This document shows positions 21,912 through 32,061 of a DNA stretch of 64,000 nt, in pieces. The notes beneath the pieces are model-generated. The model did no database searches, was not told the DNA's origin, and saw nothing but the letters and a program-made list of their open reading frames with translations. Position 1 is the first letter of the stretch; each line of letters begins with the position of its first letter. The translations under genes and the position numbers were made by a program. The DNA comes from Nematocida ausubeli (Eukaryota): NCBI RefSeq assembly GCF_000738915.1, contig NW_026515638.1, forward strand, positions 332,882-396,881, read 5' to 3'.

Positions 21912-22559
21912 ATGAAGGCAAGTGAAATACTTAAAAAAGAAATAACATATAGGTGGGCAGAGGAGATTGTGAAAGAAATAGAGGACGATACGATCCTAAT
22001 ACTCAAGTATGATATAGTTATGAATGCGTGGATCGACGAGATAAACAAGCTTATTCCAAGCATAAAAATCAAAAATGCCTGTACGCGTCTAACATGTCCT
22101 AAGACATGCATGGTCTGTGTGGAAATAATCAATCTCATAAAATCGTCTGAAAGCCCGCTATGCATAAACTGCAAGTCTATGAAGCTTCTATATGTCAAAG
22201 TAAAGAACATTAGGTGCTATCCAATAAAAAACCTGACCATTGATAAAGGAGTAATGTGCTTTATTGAGCAGCTGGATGATGTAAATATAGTAGATGCAAA
22301 CGAGAACAAGGTCTTTTTGCCGCACGAATTGTACGAGTTTATAAAGAAAATAGATAGCGAGTACATGAATCCAGTGCTTATTGTTAGGATGCTAAAGTAT
22401 CTAGAGTACGAAAAATCACAGCGAAAGACCAATATGTGCATGAATGAGATAATACATGGCCTCACTGTGAGCTTTTTAATTGACCCAGCGATTATTGAGA
22501 CCACGCGAATGAATTTATACAGACAAAATAATATTGACAGACAGAAAGAACTAAAGTAG
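21912..22559 (+). CDS. Hypothetical Cys-containing protein (215 aa), possible zinc ribbon
   Basis: ATG at 21912 after an A-rich leader, CPKTCMVC...CINC, and AATAAA after the stop. Confidence 0.7.
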   Translation: MKASEILKKEITYRWAEEIVKEIEDDTILILKYDIVMNAWIDEINKLIPSIKIKNACTRLTCPKTCMVCVEIINLIKSSESPLCINCKSMKLLYVKVKNIRCYPIKNLTIDKGVMCFIEQLDDVNIVDANENKVFLPHELYEFIKKIDSEYMNPVLIVRMLKYLEYEKSQRKTNMCMNEIIHGLTVSFLIDPAIIETTRMNLYRQNNIDRQKELK

Positions 22560-22957
22560 AAATGCAAGAAAATTAATAAAGTGGCAGAGTTAGGTATTTA
22601 TACTGAACGTATACATCCAGGAGAAAAAGCTACTATTAAACCGCAGTGCTATTTGAAATACCACGCTCCAGGCAGCATACGCACGTCCACAATAGGCTTT
22701 ATAATCTCTCTATCTAAAGCACTCAAACTTTCATATAAAAAACAACACAGACATTAATTTTTATTATGAATGGCTTGGACTTAACAATAAAGCAGGTAAA
22801 GAAGTTTATTTTAACATATACTGGCCAATATATGATGCATGCTATTTATTGTGTCCATGTGGATGCGAACCTGTATTTATATCAGCTGTGATTGGGTGGT
22901 TTCTAAAAAATTTGTATGGCTGCCACTTTTATAAAGTCTGTAGAAATTGTAAAAATT

Positions 22958-24184
22958 ATGGAAGAAAAAAGAATCCGTGTAGAGCTGGATTCAGAGGTAT
23001 GCGAGTTGGATGTGGCAGACTGTAGCACACTTGAAGACATAAAGGGGAAGATAAAACTGATGTACAATATAGAAGATGTAGAATTGTTTCATAAAGAAAA
23101 TCTTCTTAAAGATGCAGAGGAGTACACAAAGCTGTTGGAGAAAATAGGACAGGTTGACATAAAGGCAATACTTAGAAGACGTGCGGCTGCAGATTCAGAA
23201 GGCTGTGAAGCTTCAGAGCCTCCAAGCGCACTTCATTCTGAGAGCCCGCAGCAGTTGCAGGATTTATGTGAGAATCTAGAAAGTGTCTACACAATAATAG
23301 AAGATAGAAGCACTGTTAATATAATAAATGAAAAAAAGGAGGCAGAGGAGGCTAAACTCAATGAAAATTTTAGTGAGCAGGAGAAGACTGCCAAAGAAAT
23401 ATGCGAGGGTGCAGAGCTAGACAGCAAAAGCGATGAAGACGAGGTAGTGGATGTCTATGAAAGTGACACGGGCACTAAGCATCACGAGTCAACTGAGACA
23501 GAAGGCGATATAAAGCAGATGTCAAGCGATGCACAAACAGAATGTTCAGGCGCATCAGTTGAAACAAAAGTTCTAGAAGTGAACCATATAGATGAAGATG
23601 CTGGACCAATGAAAACAGAGGAAACCAAGCCACTGTGCATAAGTGATGGCGATAGCGTAGAGTCTTTGTTAAGTAGCAAAGCAGAAGAAAATAATAGCAT
23701 GAATGCAGAAAATACTAATGTTAACAATCTGGCAGATTCAGCAACATTCTCTGCTATAGGACATATGGAAAAGCCACACATAAATGAAATGGTTTCTGTC
23801 AAAATAATAGGGACAAGCAAAGAAGTCTTTGTGAAGAAAAGTTCTCTAATGACGATTAACGGGAAGGTGTACTTTATAAAGAAAAAGAAAAAGACCCCAA
23901 CAAACACATTGTATTCTCTGCTTGCAAAGATAGTGCCAAAAATATCTTCTATTGCCACCTACCTAGTTCTTGGTATGTTTCTCACATTTTATATGAACAA
24001 GGTGTTCATTATACTTCTTCTTGCAATTTTGGCTCTCATTATGCTAGATAAGATCCGGATGAGGGTCGAGTTTCGTCGAAATGATAGATTTAAGAATATT
24101 CTAAAGCAGATTCTATGCTTTGTAGGGTCATTATTTCTGAATCCTGGCCATAATCTAAGCATATATGAAAGAAGCACAGAATAA
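22958..24184 (+). CDS. N-terminal ubiquitin-like domain plus C-terminal membrane segments; HERP/Usa1-like architecture
   Basis: UBL pattern (LDVADCSTLEDIKGKI...LFHKENLLKD), an acidic linker, a TM hairpin and terminal CFVGSLFLNP. Alternative ATG at 22916. Confidence 0.6.
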   Translation: MEEKRIRVELDSEVCELDVADCSTLEDIKGKIKLMYNIEDVELFHKENLLKDAEEYTKLLEKIGQVDIKAILRRRAAADSEGCEASEPPSALHSESPQQLQDLCENLESVYTIIEDRSTVNIINEKKEAEEAKLNENFSEQEKTAKEICEGAELDSKSDEDEVVDVYESDTGTKHHESTETEGDIKQMSSDAQTECSGASVETKVLEVNHIDEDAGPMKTEETKPLCISDGDSVESLLSSKAEENNSMNAENTNVNNLADSATFSAIGHMEKPHINEMVSVKIIGTSKEVFVKKSSLMTINGKVYFIKKKKKTPTNTLYSLLAKIVPKISSIATYLVLGMFLTFYMNKVFIILLLAILALIMLDKIRMRVEFRRNDRFKNILKQILCFVGSLFLNPGHNLSIYERSTE

Positions 24185-24733
24185 AATGCATTATGTTTTC
24201 TGTATTATTATGACTCGAATTGTATTATTTTATCCTGGGCCAGTGCTATCGGCTGGCTTTTATCTCTAGTGGTACTGCATGCGAGAGGTTCTAAGCGCCT
24301 TTTTCGAATTTCCAATTTAAAGGTATTTCTATACGTTGCGTTAGATTTCAATATAATGACATGTAACAGAATGCTACAGATTATCTATAGATTATCACAC
24401 TAGAAATCTTTTAGATAAATTTATAGAGAGAGGAGAAACATTTATTACTTTATTTCCAGTGAACCAGCATACAATGCTATTTGAATCGCCTCTCTTCCAG
24501 CTGCTAGCAAAATAGCTCTCGTTTAAATATAATATTTGAGCTACATGTCATACACTCAGGCTATATAGAAATGTAAGGGACTTCAACAAATTCTTCACAT
24601 ATGCTCTCTAGCTTTAAACAATCCCTGTATATTAGACCTAACACCATAGATGCTACACAAAATGTTCAGGTCATATATTAGCAGCTTTTGGAAGAAGCTT
24701 TTACAAGCCTCTGCTAGAAGCACATATCTACTT

Positions 24734-25042
24734 CTAACCACCATGCAGTGTTGTTATAAAGTGAATAGTGTCATTGTCATTTAGCACTGTGTTCTCTTCC
24801 TTAAGAATGTCCCAGTCAACTTCGTTTATTATGCATAAAATGCCGCCTTCTAGCTCACCGTTTAGTGAAAAGTGCTTGTAATCGCTTTTTAAATGGGTTT
24901 TTTCTATATATAATATTAGGTCTTTGGCGATAACTGCAGTTCTTCCGGCCTCTCTTGCTGTTTCTTTTAGCTCATTGATGTCTACAAGCAGCGTCTCAGA
25001 GTTTACGTTGTCCTCAAGCCCTCCTCGGAATATTACTTTCAT
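24734..25042 (-). CDS. URM1: Ubiquitin-related modifier URM1
   Basis: MKVIFRGGLE...GILCIINEVDWDIL...FITTLHGG C-terminus. Confidence 0.93.
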   Translation of the reverse strand: MKVIFRGGLEDNVNSETLLVDINELKETAREAGRTAVIAKDLILYIEKTHLKSDYKHFSLNGELEGGILCIINEVDWDILKEENTVLNDNDTIHFITTLHGG

Positions 25043-25194
25043 TTCAATTTCTTTTTTACATTTTACAAGAAATAGTAGCAAACAGATATAAAAAGAAAAT
25101 TGTACAGTACTATTCTTTATTCAAGCATTCTTTAGATGTCTTTTACCATAGAAAAACTTGTCCTAGGATAAAATACACCAAATGTGCGCTTGTC

Positions 25195-25506
25195 TCAGTA
25201 ATACCATCCGTTTCCTGATATAGTTCCATACCCATACCAGACGAAGTTACGTATAACCGATATAGGATAAGTAATAATATTTAGAGTGACTTTACTCGAC
25301 TTTATAAAGAAACTATCACTGGGCGCTGTGTGGAAGAATGTGTAAGTAAATACATCCTTGAATGTGCCGTGTGTTCCTCCACCGCCGCCACCGCCTCCAG
25401 TGGCTTCAGCAGCCTTTACAGGCGATGTAAATACATTCAGTAAGAACACAAGTAGAAGAGTGGATAGGAAAAGCTTTATAATATTCTTTTTAAGCATATT
25501 ATCCAA
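25195..25506 (-). CDS. Small secreted or membrane protein with a poly-Gly linker (103 aa)
   Basis: Signal peptide-like N-terminus ending VKA/AEA, a G8 run and an aromatic C-terminus. Confidence 0.65.
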   Translation of the reverse strand: MDNMLKKNIIKLFLSTLLLVFLLNVFTSPVKAAEATGGGGGGGGTHGTFKDVFTYTFFHTAPSDSFFIKSSKVTLNIITYPISVIRNFVWYGYGTISGNGWYY

Positions 25507-25765
25507 GGACGAAAGTCCATATTATATAGAGAATTTGTAAAACACTGATGTGTTTTCTATAGTATTATTTGTTGAGTTTGCTATTGCTTACTTGAAACTT
25601 CTTTAATCAGTGTGAAAGTGACCAATTATATATATATATGTGGTTTCATTCTTGAAGTGTCATATAATTGATGCTTTCTGCGTCATTTTGTTTTTGGAAG
25701 GCCCAGGAAGTCTTTTGCCTCTGTACTGCTTCATTTTATATTTTATCTTTTTATTGCAGAGAAGC

Positions 25766-27445
25766 ATGTCCTTCTATAATAATCAGAGTCAGTATGGCCA
25801 GCAAGGAATGAATGCAAATTCCGGGCAAAATAACCAGGGACAGAACAGTATGTTTGGCAATTCCATGCAGCAGCAGCCCAATACTGGGTTTGGAAGTGCA
25901 CAGCCATTGAACTCTGGGCAGAACAGCAGTACAAGTCTTGTGCTGTGTAACAACTCCAACACAGCAGGAAATACATCAATGCAAGGGAGTGGTAGCACAG
26001 GCGGGTTTGGCACGAACCAGGGATATACGCAAGGAAACAGTTTTGGAAGTGGCTTTGGAAACAGCCAAAACACGGGTGCATTCAACAGCACAGCATCGCA
26101 GGGCATGGGAGGATTTAGCAGTGGGCTTAGCAACATGAGTGGCATGGATAATAGCACAGCCCAAGGCGGATTTGGAAACACCACAGGCAGCGGCAATGCA
26201 TTTGGCCTTGGTGCAGGACAAGGAACATCTGGGGGATTTAGCAACTCCATGAATAATAGCGGGCTAGGAGGCCAAATGAACAGTGGCCTGGGAAGCAATG
26301 GCATTGGAGGAAACCAAAGTTTATTAGGCGGCAGCTCTGTAGGTGGAAGTCAACTAGGCGGTGGAATGAACAGTGGAATGGGCATGAACACTGGCCTAGG
26401 ACTGGGAATGAACAGTGGCCTAGGAAATAACAGCATGGGAAACAATTTAGGAAATAATAGCACAGGCACAGGAATGGGCATGGGAAGCACTTTAGGGAAT
26501 AATAGCATGAATACTGGAATGGGTATGAATAGCATGGGCGGAATGAGCAGCGGCTTAGGAAACAATGGCATGAACAGTGGCCTGGGAATGAGCAACGCCT
26601 TAGGATTGGGAAGCACTCAAATGTCTACATCATTTGGAGGAAGCATGAATGCAGATGCATCGCGGTCTCTTGGGGGAGGACTGGGAAGTGGATTTGGAGC
26701 AGGGATGTCAGGCCTTGGATCGTCTATGTTTAAGCCAAGCACAGGATTTGGTTGCAATCAGTCTTCTTCAAACATGTCAAATACCTTTATAAACCCTACG
26801 CTAAAGAATGCCACTGGCTCAATTGATGACGTTCAATGCACAGTGGACTACTTGGAAAAGGCGTATGATAGAAACAGCGCTCTGTACAAATTTGTCTATA
26901 CCTTCTATAATATGGCAGACTCTGCTTTCCCCAACGTGCAAAGACCGCACAATGTGTCAGTTGACGTGTGGAATCAGGCAATGAGTCTTAACCCTGCGCC
27001 TGGCTATTTGTACCCAGAGATAGTTTTCGGGTATGAGGGTTTAGAGTCTCGGTTGGAAAAGCAAAAGGATGTGATTGAAAAGCTAAAAACAAGCAGACGG
27101 TATCTAGGTGACAGACTCAATGAACTAGTGGAGGGAGGTATTCTACGACTAACAAACAAACTAACCAGCATAAATGAAAAGTATAACGCACTTCTGGTTG
27201 AAGTGCTAGAGCAGGCTGGAAGGGCTCTTGGGCCTGAAATAAAGAGCGTATCCTCGCAGTACAGCCAACTAGAGAAAAGAGCAAATCTATTAAGCGACGG
27301 CCTGGCATCTTTGGCTGAGAATGCAATAGCGTACAGAAGAGAGTTTAATCTGGAAAAAGCAAAACAAACTGCATCAATACTTGAAGAGCAGAATAATATT
27401 CTCAATAACATGCTTGCATCTGTAAAGAAGAAGCTGGCTGAATAA
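25766..27445 (+). CDS. NUP57: Central-channel nucleoporin NUP54/Nup57
   Basis: FG/G-N-M-rich N-terminal domain, then KFVYTFYN...WNQAMSLNP.P..LYPEIVFGYEGLESRLEKQ (Nup54 alpha/beta region) and a coiled coil. Confidence 0.82.
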   Translation: MSFYNNQSQYGQQGMNANSGQNNQGQNSMFGNSMQQQPNTGFGSAQPLNSGQNSSTSLVLCNNSNTAGNTSMQGSGSTGGFGTNQGYTQGNSFGSGFGNSQNTGAFNSTASQGMGGFSSGLSNMSGMDNSTAQGGFGNTTGSGNAFGLGAGQGTSGGFSNSMNNSGLGGQMNSGLGSNGIGGNQSLLGGSSVGGSQLGGGMNSGMGMNTGLGLGMNSGLGNNSMGNNLGNNSTGTGMGMGSTLGNNSMNTGMGMNSMGGMSSGLGNNGMNSGLGMSNALGLGSTQMSTSFGGSMNADASRSLGGGLGSGFGAGMSGLGSSMFKPSTGFGCNQSSSNMSNTFINPTLKNATGSIDDVQCTVDYLEKAYDRNSALYKFVYTFYNMADSAFPNVQRPHNVSVDVWNQAMSLNPAPGYLYPEIVFGYEGLESRLEKQKDVIEKLKTSRRYLGDRLNELVEGGILRLTNKLTSINEKYNALLVEVLEQAGRALGPEIKSVSSQYSQLEKRANLLSDGLASLAENAIAYRREFNLEKAKQTASILEEQNNILNNMLASVKKKLAE

Positions 27446-27573
27446 ACACCTATGCACCTGCTATAAGGACTTTCTGTTTATTTTTTGTTCTAGTTGGTGG
27501 GGTAAAGGCGTCTGTGCTGGCACCTCTTCTGGGCACTGTCTCCAATGAATAGCTTATTCTTGTGATTCACAAT

Positions 27574-28806
27574 TTATTTTACAAGTGTAAATGATACAAC
27601 CCACATTTCCTTGCTTGGAGATACTTTCCGAACCAGTCTTTCAGTGCCTTCCACCTTCCTGCCCATCTCTTTTTCTATCTTTTCCAAAGCAGACTCATTG
27701 GTTCTAACAAAGAAATACGCATGGACTGTTGCTTTTCCTGCTTGCAATGGGGTTGTGGCTATTTCTAGCTCTCTAAAGTGCTTTATAAAAGTTAGTGTCA
27801 GCTCAGGCAGGTTTAAAATGTAGTGGTTGAACTGTGGAGAAGGACTTATTTTCTTCTTTTCTTCTGTTGCTTTCATTAAGAAGTCGTGCGCATCCAAGTT
27901 GTACAGATGTATTCTGTCTTCTAGGCCTTCATCCCATATTGAGCTTTCTACATCGTCCAATCCCAGTGTCTTCCTATTTAGAATAATGCTTTCTTTGAAA
28001 TTCACAATGCTTGCTGGGTTGAGGTCATTTGCCCATACCTCTGCCCCCTTGGAGAGAGCAAGAATTGAAAATGGCCCTACCCCGCAGAACATATCGCATA
28101 CAGTCTCTTCCCTGTGTATCTGCTTGCTAAGGATCTCTCTTTCTTTCTGAAGTTTTGAGTTCCAGTAGACTTTGTCATAATCTATGCTAAACCTTAGACC
28201 ATTCTCTCTGTGCACAGTTTTGTATGAAGGTGCGCCTTGCAAGTGCTCAATTTCTATATTCCGGAAGACATTTTCTATGTTTGATTTCTTTCGCAGCACT
28301 GTATTACAGTCCTTTATCTTATTTAGAAGGGTAATTGAGATGATTTCTTTGTGCTTTAGAGATTCTTCTTTTAGGTTTAAGTGAATTATACTTCCAACCC
28401 GATTGTAACTTGACTGATACTCGTTCTCGTTTATTCCTGCCTTTTTCAGAAGCTCATTATGCGTGAAATACTCATAGCTTAGAACCAACATAGCAGGAAA
28501 TCCTTTTTCTGCATGACTATTCAGTATAATCCATGACCCATCTGCTTTCTTATGTGGAATGTCTGCCTCAATGTGCACCCCTCTTTTCTTATTTGTCTCC
28601 TGGAATATACTACTGTCCAGAATTCTTGGCACTCTCTCCATACGCAAGATGTTTTTCTCTGTTTTTAGAACATCTTTAATATCCTCTCTTGCTATTTTTA
28701 GCACTTTGCATGGGATTCTTTCACTATAATCGCCTTTAAGTACACTATTGTATATTTTATTCTGCTCTTCATTTTGAAAGCACTCTGTCACTCTCTCTGT
28801 ACTCAT
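27574..28806 (-). CDS. TRM5: tRNA (guanine-37-N1) methyltransferase TRM5
   Basis: VGSIIHLNL, HRENGLRF.IDYDKVYWNSKL, DMFCGVGPF, ANDLNP and ILNLP. Confidence 0.93.
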   Translation of the reverse strand: MSTERVTECFQNEEQNKIYNSVLKGDYSERIPCKVLKIAREDIKDVLKTEKNILRMERVPRILDSSIFQETNKKRGVHIEADIPHKKADGSWIILNSHAEKGFPAMLVLSYEYFTHNELLKKAGINENEYQSSYNRVGSIIHLNLKEESLKHKEIISITLLNKIKDCNTVLRKKSNIENVFRNIEIEHLQGAPSYKTVHRENGLRFSIDYDKVYWNSKLQKEREILSKQIHREETVCDMFCGVGPFSILALSKGAEVWANDLNPASIVNFKESIILNRKTLGLDDVESSIWDEGLEDRIHLYNLDAHDFLMKATEEKKKISPSPQFNHYILNLPELTLTFIKHFRELEIATTPLQAGKATVHAYFFVRTNESALEKIEKEMGRKVEGTERLVRKVSPSKEMWVVSFTLVK

Positions 28807-29235
28807 CTAGTAAAATTTTACTTTGCGGATATTATGAGTCATCAAGATTTATGCATAGTGTAATACAGTCTTCTATATACAGCACACTCCTAAGGCGTAT
28901 ATCTACAACATATTTATATCCTTATTTTGTTTATACCTCATTCTGTAGTAATATACTCCTTCATAACCCGAATTTCAGTTATTATAAATTTTGAAGACAT
29001 TCATGGCACATGCCAAAGATAAAACATGATTACTTCCTACTGAGGAAAATCCTTGATAAGAGCACTTTTTGAATATCTTAGAATATAAATTAGAAATAAA
29101 CATGCAGACTAAGGGTTTATTGTTATTTTTACACTCAGCAGATCTATAGACTAAATTTAGCTATAATCTTTGGAGTGTATATTCTAATTTTCGCACAGAT
29201 ATTCATAAATATGCCATGTATTTTACATCACTTGC

Positions 29236-29877
29236 CTACTTCTTTTTTCGGCTTTCTCTTAATATTTTAGTGAATAAAGCGCCCTTTAGATTATTGTCTG
29301 CTTCAGATACAATCACTTCTAGAACTTCTTTCTTATCTATATGTTCCTTTGCATACTGGATTCTTTCATCCTTGGTGAGCATAGTCTCGCCTTCTTTCTT
29401 TTCTTCTTCCTTGCAAAATATCCCATTTATTAGCTTAAGACTGCTTAGTGTTCTATAATTGTAGTCAGTTAAAAGGGCAAGAAGCTTTATGTTAGTCTCT
29501 CCACTCCAATCTGTTTGTTTTTTTTCTGTGCAGTCGCACCTAAGCACAATTACTTCTTTCCTTAGCCTTTTCTTTCTGCAGGATGTGCTGCTTTTATTTT
29601 CACTCCCCTGTTCTGGATCATTGCCTTCTAAAACACTTATATACACAGATTTCGCAGTAAATGAAATGTTTTCAATGAATACAGCGCGCGCAGTCTTTTC
29701 TGCAGACAGAGAGCACAAACAATACGGAAAGCTACCTGAAGATGCCATTTCTTTTGAGTTATTTGCTATTTTCGATGCTAAACTCCGTCTGTACTCTTCT
29801 ACTGCCTTCTCTGTTTCAGAACTGTCCTTTTTTAGTGCATGCAAAAGAATTGAATCATATGGATTACTGCTGTCCAT
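29236..29877 (-). CDS. Hypothetical protein (213 aa)
   Basis: ATG-started ORF, head-to-head with RPB4 across 44 nt. Confidence 0.65.
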   Translation of the reverse strand: MDSSNPYDSILLHALKKDSSETEKAVEEYRRSLASKIANNSKEMASSGSFPYCLCSLSAEKTARAVFIENISFTAKSVYISVLEGNDPEQGSENKSSTSCRKKRLRKEVIVLRCDCTEKKQTDWSGETNIKLLALLTDYNYRTLSSLKLINGIFCKEEEKKEGETMLTKDERIQYAKEHIDKKEVLEVIVSEADNNLKGALFTKILRESRKKK

Positions 29878-29921
29878 TGTTCTTATGCGAAAATTTTACT
29901 AATAGAAATACGTCTTTACCC

Positions 29922-30272
29922 ATGAAGTTCATCGAGAAAACAGAAGACAAGTCAAAGTCTATTTCAGCCACAGAGGCACTAGGGATCGTAGAGAAAACTA
30001 GAATGGACAGAAGAATGGAGGGAAATGAAGCATTTCAAAGCATACTCAAGTATCTAAGAGTATGCCCCTCTCCCAGAAACACGTCCTGGGCAGAAAGAGT
30101 CAGAAGAACTTTAGTGAGTGGAGGAATGACAGATTACGAGGCATCATTAGTGATCAACCTGTCACCAGAAAGAAACACTGATGCAAAAGCACTTATTCCT
30201 TCTCTTAGCAGAATGGACAACTATGCGCTTGATGCCCTTCTCAACACCATAAGTGAAATTCCTACGAATTAA
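29922..30272 (+). CDS. RPB4: RNA polymerase II subunit RPB4
   Basis: SATEAL...MTDYEASLVINLSPE..DAKALIPSL HRDC-like signature. ATG preceded by TTACCC. Confidence 0.88.
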   Translation: MKFIEKTEDKSKSISATEALGIVEKTRMDRRMEGNEAFQSILKYLRVCPSPRNTSWAERVRRTLVSGGMTDYEASLVINLSPERNTDAKALIPSLSRMDNYALDALLNTISEIPTN

Positions 30273-30407
30273 TACCACTTCCATCCAGTAAATATGCAGT
30301 TTTGTCAATAATAGGTGACTTTTCCATTGTTTCTCTTCTTTTGTTTGGTTGTAAGCCAATAGCCTCTCTGAAACACATAGTAAATAAAGAAAGAGTGGTG
30401 TTTAGGA

Positions 30408-31910
30408 ATGAAAAAAGCGAGAATACTGCAGAGCGCAGGGTCTGTACTACTATACATTTCCTCTGTCTATTCCTTCTATAATGAAAATGCAATTCGGTGC
30501 CAATTATTCGGGATAAACTATAATGACTGCATTGGGTCTGTCTATAGGCCTTCTCCTACATATGACTCATACATTAAGAGCTTTAATTTGCCTATTCATA
30601 AAGATGACGCATGTGCATACAGTATATGCAAGGCAGCAGTTCTTGGGAGCGGTGAGAATAGATTTATAAGCATTGCACAGAATGCACATCCCCCGGGTGC
30701 CTGTCTCTGCTTGGGGTCTGCCCACTGCGGATGCGATACAGTTGCTATTTCCCCACCACAGTTAAAGACGATATACCAAGTTCCAATGGAAACAATTACT
30801 CCGACTCATTTAATAGTCACGCAAACTGTCAGTCACACAAAAACTGTTGTGGTAAAAGTAACTGAGCCACCTGCAGAGAAAAGCATTATCGAGCTAGAAC
30901 CTACAAGCACCCCCATGCTGCCCCTTCTGGAGCCTGGAAATCAAAATAATATCGCGCAGCAAGAACTTCTTATAAAGCTAAGCAAGCAGATAGAACTGCT
31001 TACATCAGACAAACCAGAGACTCGCCCAAAACTGCCGAATTATGAAATGGTGCAGACCAGTCAGTTAGAACCCATAATAACACCAGGCCCTTTGTCGGTC
31101 CCAGATGTCCAGCAGCATGGAAGTATTATTACCATTCCATACTCTACTACTACTACAACAGTCCAAGTTACAGTTCCAGTATACAAAACAAAAGTCAGAA
31201 CACAATATGTGGTAAACACAGTAGACAACTTTACAACAGAAACACTAACTAAAACACAGACTAAGACGGTTACTACAACAAAGAATAAGACTTTGCACAG
31301 CACAGTCACAGAAACCATTAGTGATCATGTGGAGAGAACAAAGTTCCGAACTGTTTATATGCCTAAGACAGTTACTGTGGATAAGACATCCACATTTACA
31401 TCATATCTATCAAAGACCACTACTGTTACATCTATTGTTAAGCCAACAAAGTTAGTAAACTCAATTACACCAGCAGAAACTTCTTCAGTAGAAAAGAACA
31501 GAGGAAGAATTTCACTTTCTTCTGTCGGTATTGGAAGCAAACGGCCATCCAGGGGGACAGAAAAGAAATACTTTATTGTGCAGCAGGAGATAAAGAACAA
31601 GCTTGTATGCAGGCAGGGATGCACAAATCCAAAGGTGCAGCTCTCTGGTGAGTGCCCAATTGGCTCAATTCAAGCCTGTCCACCGGCGCACATTCAGCCG
31701 GGGTTTAATGTCTCTATGCTGAATAAAAGGGAAGCAGGACTGGAGTGCAAAGATGCAAATTGCACAGAACTAGTGAAGACAATATATGTCAATGCAACAG
31801 AAACTTTGCCTAAGCCCAAGCAGATCATTCAGGTTGGACAATCTAGTCAATCCAGTCAATCCAGCGAAATGTCACAGTCCAGTCAAGTTTCCCATCTAAA
31901 AACTGGCTAA
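30408..31910 (+). CDS. Secreted Thr-rich (mucin-like) protein with Cys-rich N- and C-terminal domains
   Basis: Signal peptide, Cys cluster, long T/V/K-rich centre, second Cys cluster and SQS repeats. Confidence 0.8.
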   Translation: MKKARILQSAGSVLLYISSVYSFYNENAIRCQLFGINYNDCIGSVYRPSPTYDSYIKSFNLPIHKDDACAYSICKAAVLGSGENRFISIAQNAHPPGACLCLGSAHCGCDTVAISPPQLKTIYQVPMETITPTHLIVTQTVSHTKTVVVKVTEPPAEKSIIELEPTSTPMLPLLEPGNQNNIAQQELLIKLSKQIELLTSDKPETRPKLPNYEMVQTSQLEPIITPGPLSVPDVQQHGSIITIPYSTTTTTVQVTVPVYKTKVRTQYVVNTVDNFTTETLTKTQTKTVTTTKNKTLHSTVTETISDHVERTKFRTVYMPKTVTVDKTSTFTSYLSKTTTVTSIVKPTKLVNSITPAETSSVEKNRGRISLSSVGIGSKRPSRGTEKKYFIVQQEIKNKLVCRQGCTNPKVQLSGECPIGSIQACPPAHIQPGFNVSMLNKREAGLECKDANCTELVKTIYVNATETLPKPKQIIQVGQSSQSSQSSEMSQSSQVSHLKTG

Positions 31911-32061
31911 CTTTTTATTAGTAGACAATACGATAAAAGTGTCTCTTAGCCAGCATAAACAGATAGGATTGATTTACATTTTGGCTTGCCTTCAATATAC
32001 GTTTATCTAAGATAATAAAAATATTTAAATATTTTTGTGTTTTTAAGAATCGAACTTCGGG

